A stretch of 39,617 nt of DNA, taken from IMG/VR virus record IMGVR_UViG_3300048848_000258, positions 1 to 39,617 of that record, one strand, 5' to 3'. Source of the DNA: a virus (Duplodnaviria > Caudoviricetes). The translations under genes were made by a program, and so were the position numbers. Shown here piece after piece: positions 19,448 through 28,377 of this stretch. Below the pieces are notes generated by a model. It saw only the letters and a list, made by a program, of their open reading frames with translations, had not been told where the DNA came from and did no database searches. Within the stretch, counting starts at the first letter, position 1, and each line of letters opens with the position of its first letter.

Positions 19448-20747
19448 CAGGCTCCGGAACGGTGTCAGAGATCGAAGGGCCGCCGTTGTGACCGATCAAG
19501 GCGCTGGTCGTGTCGTCGGACCGGTGGTTCGGCATGTTGTCGGGCGTGGTCGTGTTCGTGGGCACGAGGGGCTCATCGAGACCGTCGAGCGGATTGTAGC
19601 CAAGCGCCTCGCGGGCCTCGTTGCGCGTGAGGATCCCGTTGAGAACGAGCCGTGAGAAGAAGTCGGCCTGCGCCTTGGAATCGCCCGCAATCAACGGCTC
19701 CACATCGAAGGCGGCCTCGTAGATGTTCGGCGCGAGAATGAGGTCGCGACGGATTGCCCCGGTCCAGCAGCTCAGCCACGGCATCAGGTTGTTGCGCACG
19801 AAAGCCAGCATGATGGCCTCGACACCGGTGCCCCACGAGCTGGTCTTGGTCATGTGGTGCAACAGGACGAGCGGCACATCGAACCAGCGCGCAATTTCCT
19901 CGATCTGGAATTCCCGCGTTTGCAGAAACTGCGCTTCCTCGGAATCAAGGCTGATACTTTCGAACTTCGCGCCCTGTTCGAGGATAGGCGTCTTGCTGGC
20001 ATTGCCGAGGCCGGAGAAGTTAGCATTCCACTGTGACTTGAAGCGCTCGAACGCAGCGTCGCTCATCTGCTTTTCGACAGTCACGACACCGGATGGCCGA
20101 GCCCCGTTCGAAAACAATCGCGCACCGTGCTCTTCAGCCGCAAGTGCCAGACCGATGGTTTCGCGAGCGTAGGCGACCGGGCTTACGCCGACGAGGCCAC
20201 CGGGCGCCATGTGCGATCGCAGATGCAGAACCTCGTCCTGTAGCAAGATCCGGTTGCCCTTGATGGGGTCCGCGATCAGATATCGAATGCTCTGGTCGCC
20301 CAGACGCTCGACATGCACGCGATCCGGATGGATGGGCTCAAGGCTGTTGGCAAACCCGCGCGGTCCGGAGACGATCTCGGAGTAGGCATTCCCCCTCAGC
20401 GCCAGATGCCCCATCATCATTGCCTTGAAGTCCCACGCCGACTGCCAGTGGTTCGGCTGGTATTCCAGAAGGTCGTTCAGGGGATGTGATGGTGCCTCGG
20501 AACGCTTCTTCGTCACGGGATCGCGCTGATACATCCGCAGCGGAAGCGTCGCGACCGTCTTTGACAGAAGGCCGATGCACGCGTAGGCGGCCGACACCCG
20601 CATCGCGCCGTCTTCCGTGACGCGGCGACCGGACAGGCTCATGCTGGACACACCGCCCCCGTCGTACCAGCGATCATCGTCGGCCGGCGGCACCTTGCTG
20701 TCCTTCGAGGCGCGCACGCCGCCAAGCATTGCCGAGAACAAACCCAT
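19434..20747 (-). CDS. Portal protein, HK97 family
   Basis: LALRGNAY, EVLHLR, GVSP, FSNGARPSG, QFLQTR..EEIARWF and ILTRNEAR motifs. Confidence 0.96.
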   Translation of the reverse strand: MGLFSAMLGGVRASKDSKVPPADDDRWYDGGGVSSMSLSGRRVTEDGAMRVSAAYACIGLLSKTVATLPLRMYQRDPVTKKRSEAPSHPLNDLLEYQPNHWQSAWDFKAMMMGHLALRGNAYSEIVSGPRGFANSLEPIHPDRVHVERLGDQSIRYLIADPIKGNRILLQDEVLHLRSHMAPGGLVGVSPVAYARETIGLALAAEEHGARLFSNGARPSGVVTVEKQMSDAAFERFKSQWNANFSGLGNASKTPILEQGAKFESISLDSEEAQFLQTREFQIEEIARWFDVPLVLLHHMTKTSSWGTGVEAIMLAFVRNNLMPWLSCWTGAIRRDLILAPNIYEAAFDVEPLIAGDSKAQADFFSRLVLNGILTRNEAREALGYNPLDGLDEPLVPTNTTTPDNMPNHRSDDTTSALIGHNGGPSISDTVPEPDDDN

Positions 20748-20749
20748 GC

Positions 20750-20944
20750 TCAGCGTCCGCCGCGCACAGTGCCGAGAACGGCCAGGCCGACGAGAATGCC
20801 GCCGGCGACCATGAAGCCCGCCGGCGGGTAGTGCAGCCAGGCGCCGTAGCCGGACAGTGCCGCGCCACAGATGCCGATGATCTCGCGGCCGGTCTGCCCA
20901 TCGATCTTGATCGACGACGATACGGCCTTGGTGTCTTCTGTCAT
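20750..20944 (-). CDS. Small membrane protein between terminase and portal
   Basis: 64 aa with two hydrophobic segments; TGATG coupling to terL. Confidence 0.7.
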   Translation of the reverse strand: MTEDTKAVSSSIKIDGQTGREIIGICGAALSGYGAWLHYPPAGFMVAGGILVGLAVLGTVRGGR

Positions 20945-22680
20945 CAGGCTACCCTCAATCCACGTTCTTCATAGACGGACCGACCGGCCGCCTCGGGGTT
21001 GGTAATCATGACCGTGACCGCGTCGAACAACGCCATGGCAGGGTCGATCTTGGCGTCGCCGGCGTTCTGCTTGGTGGCGCGGATCGCAGTCGCGGTCGGC
21101 TCGATCTTGATGTTGCCGATGCACCAATCCATCATCCGGCTGGCCGAGTGGACAAAGGTGCCATTCGCGAGCTTTCGCTCGGTAGTCTTGATGGCGTTCA
21201 TCAGCTTGTAGCCCTGCCCGACACCCTCGATCTGGCCGCCTTCCGGCGTAATCCCAATCTTGGCGAGCTCCTCAACGAACTCGCCGTAAGGGCCTTCGTT
21301 ATCGATGGCGACGCAGGCGAGCAGCCCGGCTTCGTTGATCTCTGCGATGATTTCGATGATCTCACTGACGTCCTTCAGCTCGTCGTCGACAATAGTGAGA
21401 TCACCGTCCGCCTTGAAGTCCAGCAGGGTCGAGGCAATCGACTGGCGCCGATCGAGTACACCCTCGTGACACCATGCCCGCGACACGCTGAGCCAGCGCC
21501 TCGTTTCCTTCTCGCGTCCAAGGGCTGCAAACCCGAACAGGTCGTCCAGCCCACCGCCATCGATCCCGACGACGATGACTTCCGAGCGCTCCATCAGCGT
21601 TTTCATCGTGAGCGTCGTGTCGATCCGCCGGTCCCAGAACTCCGCCCCCGGCCACGCATCGGTCTTGATGCCGATACCGATCTCGATGTTGAGATGCTGG
21701 CTTGCCCAGATGCGGATGTCGCGCTCGCCTTTGACGCGCTCGCCTTCCCAGTCCAGCACCAGGCTATGAAGTCGCATTGACCGACCGAGGTTCGGCATGA
21801 CCATCCCCCAGTTCTCGGGGTCCTGCCACTTGAACGGGTCGGTGGCGATATCGTCCGGGAACTCGTAGAGGATGGGCAGCATTGCCCGGATCAGTTTGCC
21901 CCGGTAGTCGCCATTGCGGATCTTGCGCGCCGTGATCAGCTCGTCACGGAAGACGCCAGCCGGCGGCGCATCGCTCTGCGTCGTGATGATGATCAGCAGG
22001 CCTTCGGCATTCTTCTCGAGGCCGCCGCGGATCTGGCGCATCACCTGCGCCGCATGCGGGTTGCGTCCGAGCAGATGAAGCTCGTCGAGCAGGACCACGA
22101 CAGGCATCGAGCCTGTGAGGATGTCCAGCGCGAAGGTCTTCACTTTCATCATTGAGCCGTTCAGAAGATCTTCGATCCTCTTCTCGTGCCAGACGATGTG
22201 AAAGCGGCCGGACCGACCAGGCCCGCCGTAGAGCTCCGGTGCAGCCTGGATCATGCCCGCCGCCTGCAGAAAGGCCCGGTCAGAGACGGACTGTGTCGGC
22301 CCGATGAACAGCATCTCGGCATTGTGCCGGCGGTTCATCAGCATGGCGACGATGATCAGCCCGCCACTGTACGTCGTCTTCGATTGACCTTTCGGGACGA
22401 GCGCAAAGATCTCGCGGATCATGCGGACGTGCTCGGCCGGATCGTAGCAACCGAAGGCGGCGCGCACGATGCCGCGAAACCAGGGGCCGCAAGCATCGCG
22501 CATCTTCGGCTGGCCGATCACATCCGGCAGTCGGAGCTCGTCGAAGATCTCAACGGCGAGGTCGGCCTCTTCCTCAAACAGCGGGAGATCCGGGATCAGC
22601 GATTGGCCGTTGCGGATACGGTCCTCCCAGTCGACGCAACTCAAATCCCATCCCACGGGCTGGCGAACATGCGCGGTCAT
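20944..22680 (-). CDS. terL: Terminase large subunit
   Basis: Walker A-like VPKGQSKTT, Walker [14 protein letters not shown] coupling motif, nuclease GIDGG and KIDPAMA. Confidence 0.96.
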   Translation of the reverse strand: MTAHVRQPVGWDLSCVDWEDRIRNGQSLIPDLPLFEEEADLAVEIFDELRLPDVIGQPKMRDACGPWFRGIVRAAFGCYDPAEHVRMIREIFALVPKGQSKTTYSGGLIIVAMLMNRRHNAEMLFIGPTQSVSDRAFLQAAGMIQAAPELYGGPGRSGRFHIVWHEKRIEDLLNGSMMKVKTFALDILTGSMPVVVLLDELHLLGRNPHAAQVMRQIRGGLEKNAEGLLIIITTQSDAPPAGVFRDELITARKIRNGDYRGKLIRAMLPILYEFPDDIATDPFKWQDPENWGMVMPNLGRSMRLHSLVLDWEGERVKGERDIRIWASQHLNIEIGIGIKTDAWPGAEFWDRRIDTTLTMKTLMERSEVIVVGIDGGGLDDLFGFAALGREKETRRWLSVSRAWCHEGVLDRRQSIASTLLDFKADGDLTIVDDELKDVSEIIEIIAEINEAGLLACVAIDNEGPYGEFVEELAKIGITPEGGQIEGVGQGYKLMNAIKTTERKLANGTFVHSASRMMDWCIGNIKIEPTATAIRATKQNAGDAKIDPAMALFDAVTVMITNPEAAGRSVYEERGLRVA

Positions 22681-22681
22681 G

Positions 22682-23173
22682 TCAGTTCAACTTGTCGCTG
22701 TCGGTGGTCCGCATCGCCATCAGGCGACCGAGCGGCGTCGCGGTATCTGGCGTGCGCGCATCCTGCAGGGCCTGCTCTTTCTTGCCTAACTTCACCGGCT
22801 TCTTCGGCTGGCTCTGCTCGGCAACCCGGCGGGCGAAATCGCTGTCGGCGATCGCCGCCTTGTCGATCTTCTTGCCCAGTTCCTTGATCGCCGCGACGTT
22901 GCCCGCTTCGACTTCCTCGTAGAGACGCAGGAGCACAGTGCCTTCAAGCTGAAAGCGCGCCGTCTGCCGACAAGCCAGCTCACGAAAATAATGTTTGCGC
23001 AAAGTCGGCTCTGTGATGCCGAGAGCTGCGGCAATCTCGGCTTCCTTCCGGCCCATCGCCAGCAACAGTCTGACTTTGCAACGCTTTTTATCATCGACCA
23101 GATGAGGGGGACGTCCCCGCTTTCCCCAGCCTTCGGGAACCTCATCACCAAAGAGGTCAAAAACTGCTGGCAT
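22682..23173 (-). CDS. terS: Terminase small subunit
   Basis: HTH (EIAAALGITEPTLRKHY), GRPP and GNVAA motifs; directly upstream of terL; start uncertain. Confidence 0.8.
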   Translation of the reverse strand: MPAVFDLFGDEVPEGWGKRGRPPHLVDDKKRCKVRLLLAMGRKEAEIAAALGITEPTLRKHYFRELACRQTARFQLEGTVLLRLYEEVEAGNVAAIKELGKKIDKAAIADSDFARRVAEQSQPKKPVKLGKKEQALQDARTPDTATPLGRLMAMRTTDSDKLN

Positions 23174-23273
23174 AGAAAAAAACCTCTCGCTCGCACCCAA
23201 GCGGTTGGGGCCCTTGGACCCTGTGGACTTTCAACCCCCTACCCCCTCCGGCGCTCCTGCCACCGGCCAGACG

Positions 23274-23590
23274 TCACGCCCGGTCGGCCGGTCCCGTCAT
23301 CGCTTTGATGCCGTGCATCAGCCTCTCGACCTCGGCACTGACGTCTGGTCGGGCGTGACTGACGAAGCTTTCGTGAAGAATGACCCTGCCGCGACGGCCG
23401 ATCAGCTTGGTGGTGGATGACCGCCTCAGGATGCCGACGACCTTGCACCTGCGCGCAGGTGTCGAACCGCACCGCTCACTGATGCCTTGGCCAACCAACG
23501 AGCAATCTCATTGCTGGCCGTTACAATGACGACATCTCCATCCGGCAGGGCATCGATGAAAGCCTTGGCTCGATCCATCTGCTCACCCAT
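23274..23590 (-). pseudogene. Hypothetical gene apparently split by a 1-nt frameshift near 23487
   Basis: ATG 23590 is coupled to the HNH stop; MGEQMDRAKAF...EIARWLAK would join GISERCG...GPADRA of the 23274-23498 ORF if one base were restored. Confidence 0.5.
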
Positions 23591-23907
23591 CAGAACCGCT
23601 CCGCCATCCGCTTGGCTCGCTGCGCCAAGGTCTTGGTCGTGTGGCACGAGCCACAGAGAAGCTTGATGTTCGAGGGATCGAGCAGTGGCCCGCCATCCTT
23701 CACCTCAACGATGTGGTCGCCGAAGATGCGCGTATTGACCCGGCCGCAACCCATCTCCTCGCATCGCCGACCGCGCTCAGCGATCAGACGGTTCATAAAC
23801 GTCCGCCATTCCGGAGACAGATAGAAGGCGTCGGCCGTCTTTGGCTTCGGCTTGACGGCCCGCGCATCGATCTGGCGAATGGAAGGCTTGATGGAACGAA
23901 GACGCAT
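23590..23907 (-). CDS. HNH endonuclease (terminase-associated, HK97 gp74-like)
   Basis: FYLSPEWR, CxxxxC, DHIVEVKDGG, N and LCGSCH motifs; upstream of terS. Confidence 0.9.
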   Translation of the reverse strand: MRLRSIKPSIRQIDARAVKPKPKTADAFYLSPEWRTFMNRLIAERGRRCEEMGCGRVNTRIFGDHIVEVKDGGPLLDPSNIKLLCGSCHTTKTLAQRAKRMAERF

Positions 23908-23914
23908 ACTTCTA

Positions 23915-23943
23915 GAACAGAAAAGGCGACCTCTCGGCCGCCT
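23915..23943 (-). terminator. Intrinsic terminator in front of the late operon (tR'-like)
   Basis: AGGCGGCC-GAGA-GGTCGCCT stem-loop followed by TTTCTGTTCT, a few nt before the HNH start codon. Confidence 0.75.
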
Positions 23944-24098
23944 CGTAGTCTGATCATAGCTTTCGCACTGGCCCTGAATCGGTGCCTCGGTTGAGGCTGT
24001 CAGGGCAGGGTCCGACCGGCGTACCGACCCCAGACTTCCGTCCCGCATGCTACTGCGTTCTCGGGGGCTCACTTCAGGATCATCGGATAATCCGTGAC
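23915..24098 (-). ncRNA. Putative structured late-leader RNA (candidate antitermination element)
   Basis: 200-bp intergenic gap packed with hairpins read by eye: GCCCTGA/TCAGGGC enclosing GCCTC/GAGGC, GGGTC/GACCC, GAC-GGAA-GTC, CGCA/TGCG, CGGA/TCCG. Confidence 0.5.
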
Positions 24099-24100
24099 GA

Positions 24101-24130
24101 TTGATACTCACACTTTCTCGACTTGCGCAA
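24101..24130 (-). promoter_or_regulatory. Putative late promoter (pR'-like)
   Basis: TTGCGC-N18-TATCAA overlapping the stop codon of the NusG-like gene. Confidence 0.4.
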
Positions 24131-24788
24131 CATCCAAATCGATCGGGGTCTTTCGTCCAAAGATCTCGATTTCCACTACGACCCTGTTAGCCGCAGCATC
24201 AAACGACGTCACCAAACCGAGAAAAGAGACGAACGGGCCGTCTATGATTTTTGCCTGCTCACCCAATGCGTAATAGATGGGTGATGGCGGCCTAAAGTCA
24301 TAGGCTCCGCTTTTAGCCTTCTCGATGAATTGGTTGATGAATTTTGGGCTGACACGATGGAAGACAACGCCATTTCCAAGCACGCCGGTGACCCTTTTTT
24401 CCCGGTCGAAACGAAGGACGCCTTGCACCGCCTCGTTGCTTGGAACGCACCTGACGAGCACATAACCAGGCAGAACTGGAAGGATGGGAGCAGGTATAAT
24501 CCGATGCCGACGCTTGATCTGTTCACCCTTCCGGCGAGGGATAAGAGCATGAACATTCTGCGATGTGAGTGCCTCTTCCACAGCAAATTCACACCGGGCG
24601 CGCACGCTGAAGCAGAGCCAAGCGGCCAATTCCGGATAATCATCAGCGATTCGCCGGCTAGCCATTCCGAGCTGCGAGATCCTGATTCGGTTCTCACGCC
24701 GCGCTTTCTCCTGCTTGAACTCGGCATAAGGCCGGATATCGATTGCCCGCGCCTGCTCAAACTCACCCGTTCTATGCCGCATGTTCAT
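24108..24788 (-). CDS. nusG: NusG-family transcription antiterminator (NGN + KOW), phage paralog
   Basis: NGN motifs PVLPGYVLV and VTGVLG; KOW motif GEQAKIIDGPFVSFLGLV and C-terminal VEIEIFGRKTPIDLDVAQVEKV; start at ATG 24788 with GGAG RBS. Confidence 0.9.
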   Translation of the reverse strand: MNMRHRTGEFEQARAIDIRPYAEFKQEKARRENRIRISQLGMASRRIADDYPELAAWLCFSVRARCEFAVEEALTSQNVHALIPRRKGEQIKRRHRIIPAPILPVLPGYVLVRCVPSNEAVQGVLRFDREKRVTGVLGNGVVFHRVSPKFINQFIEKAKSGAYDFRPPSPIYYALGEQAKIIDGPFVSFLGLVTSFDAAANRVVVEIEIFGRKTPIDLDVAQVEKV

Positions 24789-26091
24789 CGCCTCGCTCCA
24801 CCCTTGCTGCCAAAGCAGCTGCCTTGAATGCATCCAGACCGCTTGGCCCACCCTTCGGGAACCAGACAACCTTCATCGTTCCGGGATCGGGTACGAAGGG
24901 CTTACTGTTGGTCTCGTGCCAAGCCTTCCAATGCCTCCACATGTCCGAGCCAACCTCAACAGGTTCACAGATCTCGCTGAACACCGCCGCCCATGCGTCA
25001 GCCTCTTCGGACTGCCTGTCGGCGGCCAAACGGTTCAGTCTATTCGCTTCGGGGTAGCCGATATCGAGAGCCCGCCGCTTGCCTTCGGCTTCCTCGAAGT
25101 CATCAGGGAACACGAGGTCATTGCCAGCCAATGCAATGCCCTTGCGTTCAAGATAGGCCAGCGCGCGGCTCTCGCTCGAACGGCGATGGGCGTCGAACGT
25201 CGTCCTGATCGTCTCACGCAGGTTCTCAGGGAGATCCACCGACGTGGGCGAACGGAGGAGCGGCAGCATGCGCAGCCCTGCCCACAGAGGCCCAAACGGC
25301 GCGACCTTGACCGGTTCCGCAGCCTGAGCCCTGCGCACCGCATTCGGAGCAATCGCCTGAAGATCGTTGAAGAGCTTGTCCCGGAGGTAGACACCGAGCA
25401 CGACAGCGTCAGGCTCACCCTTGCGCTCGCCGTTCTTGATCCGAGGGCACAGAGCCAGATAGGCGTCTCGCCTCTCCTCGGCCATCTCTCGTTCTTCTGG
25501 CGTCAAGGCAAGGAACTGCCTGAAGCTCCAATCCTTCGATTGCTTCAACACAGCTGGCCACGGGTTTCCATGCTTGCCGATCCGCAGAGCGTCATGCCGC
25601 TTTTCGAGATCCTTCAAATCTTCTTTCGATCCGTCTCGCGCACGCCCTCTCTCATTTACTGGTTCTCTTACTGGTTCCCTTACAGGGTTACTGTCCAGAT
25701 TCTGGACACGGCTTTTGCCATTTTCTGGACACGGCTCAGGCTGATTTCTGGACACGGCTTCGTCGGACCCGTGTCCAGTTTCTGGACCCGGCTTCAGCGC
25801 ATTTTGTCGCTCGAAACCCGGCTCGAACGGAAAGCGATACCGGGTCGATTCCTGCCTGCGCGTACCCTTGCTGCGGCGCTGCTCGCGCGCGATCAGCCCG
25901 GCCGCTTCGAGGTCGTTCAGGTGCACGTTCAGCGTGGAGCGCGGCAGCTCGCAATCGTCCGCAAGCGTGTCCTGGCTTGGAAAGCAGCCATGATCAGGAT
26001 GATACCTGTCGCACAGGTGCCAGAGGACGATCTTTGCCGCAGGCTTCAGCCCACGCTGCTTGATCGCCCAGTTGGTTGCGTCAAAGCTCAT
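24772..26091 (-). CDS. Phage replication initiator (N-terminal winged HTH, lambda O-like position)
   Basis: AKIVLWHLCD..CFPSQDTLADDCELPRSTL..LEAAGLI HTH; internal iteron cluster; ATGA coupling at 26091. Confidence 0.85.
   Translation of the reverse strand: MSFDATNWAIKQRGLKPAAKIVLWHLCDRYHPDHGCFPSQDTLADDCELPRSTLNVHLNDLEAAGLIAREQRRSKGTRRQESTRYRFPFEPGFERQNALKPGPETGHGSDEAVSRNQPEPCPENGKSRVQNLDSNPVREPVREPVNERGRARDGSKEDLKDLEKRHDALRIGKHGNPWPAVLKQSKDWSFRQFLALTPEEREMAEERRDAYLALCPRIKNGERKGEPDAVVLGVYLRDKLFNDLQAIAPNAVRRAQAAEPVKVAPFGPLWAGLRMLPLLRSPTSVDLPENLRETIRTTFDAHRRSSESRALAYLERKGIALAGNDLVFPDDFEEAEGKRRALDIGYPEANRLNRLAADRQSEEADAWAAVFSEICEPVEVGSDMWRHWKAWHETNSKPFVPDPGTMKVVWFPKGGPSGLDAFKAAALAARVERGDEHAA
25657..25793. 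repeat. Iteron cluster, putative replication origin
   Basis: TTCTGGACACGGCT at 25700, 25723 and 25746, TTCTGGACCCGGCT at 25780, plus three 12-bp TTACTGGTTCYC-like repeats at 25657-25692. Confidence 0.8.
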
Positions 26092-28073
26092 TCCGCCGCC
26101 TCCGCATAGACCGAGAGGTGCGCGCAGTTCGCCGCGACGATCGCAGCATAAGGCGGCGGGGACACGCTGTTGCCGACGCAAGAGACCTGAACCGACTTCG
26201 GAAACGACACCCAGACCGGCCCCTGACCGCCCTGATAGTCCCAAGCCCCGTCGATCTTGTAGTCGGGCGGAAAGCCTTGCGCGTTGTAGAGCTCGCGCGG
26301 CGTAAGCATCCGCATGCCGATGTCAACGATGACAAACGTCTGTTCGCCGATGACCAGCGTCACGAACTCTCGCTCGTCCCAGAAGCCGTATGAGCGGAGG
26401 AAGGCCGCAACCTCCCGCGCCCGATCTTCCTGCTCGACGGTGAAAGGCGGCGCACCGATGGCTGCCTCGACATGGCCGTGCCTGTCCTTCGTGGTGACGG
26501 TGCGGCAAGGCTCGTCTTCCGCGCCCCCGTCACCCGTGCCGTAGTAGGCTTGAAGGTATGGTGCAACGAGCTGAGACTTGCCCGCTCCATCCGCCATGAC
26601 CGTTGCTGAAGGCTGATCGATGGCATGGCCTGTCGATGTGCCGAACTGGCGCGCGACGAAGGCCGATACCACGTTCTGTTGGCTGCCAGATTGTGTGGCC
26701 GTAGACATCGGCTTGTCGGCAGATCTGCCAGGGTTGACGCCGCCCACGCGCCGACTGTCATTGTTGTGCTGAGCGAGGAAGGCGACCGAGGCGCAGCCAT
26801 CCGCCTTGCTAGTGATTGTCGCCAGCGGCTCATTGCCGCCGCGCGGACGGCTCTGGCCCGCCCGGCCGCCGCAGCCGACAAGCGTCGGAATGATGACGGC
26901 GTTCTGATCCTTGGTGCTGGCTGTGATGGTATGATGTGGCTCCGCGACCGAGCGATTGGAGCCGCCTTGCTGCGCCGCCGAGAGCACTGGCGCCAGCACG
27001 CCGAGGGGCGCCGCGCCACCAGGTCGTTTGATGAAGCTGTTCGGCGTTATGGTCGACAGCGGCTCTCGCATGTCCTGCCCGGTCGCACCCGTGTTGAACC
27101 GGATAATGGATGGTGAGATCGCAGCCTTCTCGCCACGGTTCGCACCGGTGATGGTATTGAAGGGCTGATCAACATCTTCGCAGCGCACACCATGCGTCAG
27201 GTTGACGATGAACGGCCGCGTAGCGTCGAGCACATACCGCTTCATGCCGCGGGCAACACGCGCCATCGTCGCATCCGCGAGTGGCCGCACAGCCCGCAGG
27301 CCATGCTTTGCCATGATCTCGCTCGACGTATCGAAGATCGACGGGCAGGCCAGTGACCAGTCGATGCACTCTGCCGCTGTCCGCCACGGCTTCTTGCGCC
27401 CCGCGATCACATCCGCGTCGTCAGGCTTGGCATGCGTCGGCTTCGGCCACAGGATAGGCTTGCCGTCACAACGTGCGACCAGGAACAGTCTATTGCGGAT
27501 CGTCGGCGCACCGTAGTCGCATGCGCGCAATTCGCGCTTCTCGATCTTGTAGCCGAGCCGCCGCAGCGCCTTGCACCACGCCTGATAGGTTTCGCCGCGG
27601 CGATCCGGATCGGGCATCAGCCCTTTGTCCGTCTCGATCAGCGGGCCCCATTCCTTCCATTCCTCGACGTTTTCCATCGTGATGACATCGGGCCGAGCCC
27701 TTTCTGCCCAGAGAACAATCACCCACGCGAGGTCGCGAATGTTGCGCTCGACCGGCTTCCCGCCCTTGGCTTTGGAGAAGTGCTTGCAGTCGGGCGAGAA
27801 GTGCGCGAGGCCGACATGCCGGCCCTTCACATAGTCGAGCGGATCGACCTTGTAGATGTTCTCGGACAGGTGCAGCGTCTCGGGATGGTTGGCAGCATGC
27901 AGCGCCAGCGCCGCGGCATTATGGTTGATGGCGATATCGGGCGAGCGACCAAGCGCCATCTCAATACCGGTCGATGCGCCACCGCCGCCGGCAAAGCTGT
28001 CGACGATAAGCGGGCGGCCTGTGTCGGGCACGACCAGTGTGCCCGCGAGTTGCGCAGGGTCAAAGAGATACAT
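26088..28073 (-). CDS. DNA (cytosine-5) methyltransferase with expanded variable region
   Basis: Motif I DSFAGGGG, catalytic SPDC, motif VI MENV, RxR (IRNRLF), RMLTPRE..AQGFP and GNSV. Confidence 0.93.
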   Translation of the reverse strand: MYLFDPAQLAGTLVVPDTGRPLIVDSFAGGGGASTGIEMALGRSPDIAINHNAAALALHAANHPETLHLSENIYKVDPLDYVKGRHVGLAHFSPDCKHFSKAKGGKPVERNIRDLAWVIVLWAERARPDVITMENVEEWKEWGPLIETDKGLMPDPDRRGETYQAWCKALRRLGYKIEKRELRACDYGAPTIRNRLFLVARCDGKPILWPKPTHAKPDDADVIAGRKKPWRTAAECIDWSLACPSIFDTSSEIMAKHGLRAVRPLADATMARVARGMKRYVLDATRPFIVNLTHGVRCEDVDQPFNTITGANRGEKAAISPSIIRFNTGATGQDMREPLSTITPNSFIKRPGGAAPLGVLAPVLSAAQQGGSNRSVAEPHHTITASTKDQNAVIIPTLVGCGGRAGQSRPRGGNEPLATITSKADGCASVAFLAQHNNDSRRVGGVNPGRSADKPMSTATQSGSQQNVVSAFVARQFGTSTGHAIDQPSATVMADGAGKSQLVAPYLQAYYGTGDGGAEDEPCRTVTTKDRHGHVEAAIGAPPFTVEQEDRAREVAAFLRSYGFWDEREFVTLVIGEQTFVIVDIGMRMLTPRELYNAQGFPPDYKIDGAWDYQGGQGPVWVSFPKSVQVSCVGNSVSPPPYAAIVAANCAHLSVYAEAAE

Positions 28074-28377
28074 GGGAAAGCCCCTCCTGCGCGTCGCCAC
28101 GCGCAATAATGGTGAGCCCGATACGGGCATAAAACTGAGCGAATTGAACAAGGTCAGGGATCATGCCGGTGCGCGGATCGCGAACGGCGGAAAGGGCGGC
28201 CATCTCCGCGTCAAGCGCCTCGACACCCTCACGGAAGTTGGCGGCTCGCAGAACAGCCCGGATTGTGGTCTGATCGCGCCAGAGAACGGATTGCGGCACG
28301 GCAAGCAGCCACTGCGCGCGCTCCTGATTGGTCACGGCTTCGGCTAGCCCTTCGATGATAGGAAGGAGCAAGGTCAT
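28060..28377 (-). CDS. Hypothetical protein
   Basis: 105 aa ORF overlapping both flanking methyltransferase genes. Confidence 0.7.
   Translation of the reverse strand: MTLLLPIIEGLAEAVTNQERAQWLLAVPQSVLWRDQTTIRAVLRAANFREGVEALDAEMAALSAVRDPRTGMIPDLVQFAQFYARIGLTIIARGDAQEGLSHVSL

Noticed and set aside
23908-24111. Coding extension of the HNH gene (ORF 23590-24111) or a tRNA in this gap
   Set aside because: The extension runs through a terminator, and HNH-like sequence begins at about ATG 23907; no cloverleaf or T-loop consensus found
25657-25793. CRISPR-like array
   Set aside because: 14-bp repeats with 9-20 bp gaps inside a coding gene and no cas genes; fits iterons
24781-26109. 442-aa plus-strand ORF (and similar ones at 1544-2743, 11252-12061, 18332-19327)
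   Set aside because: All lie opposite well-supported minus-strand genes and have Arg/Ala-rich shadow composition
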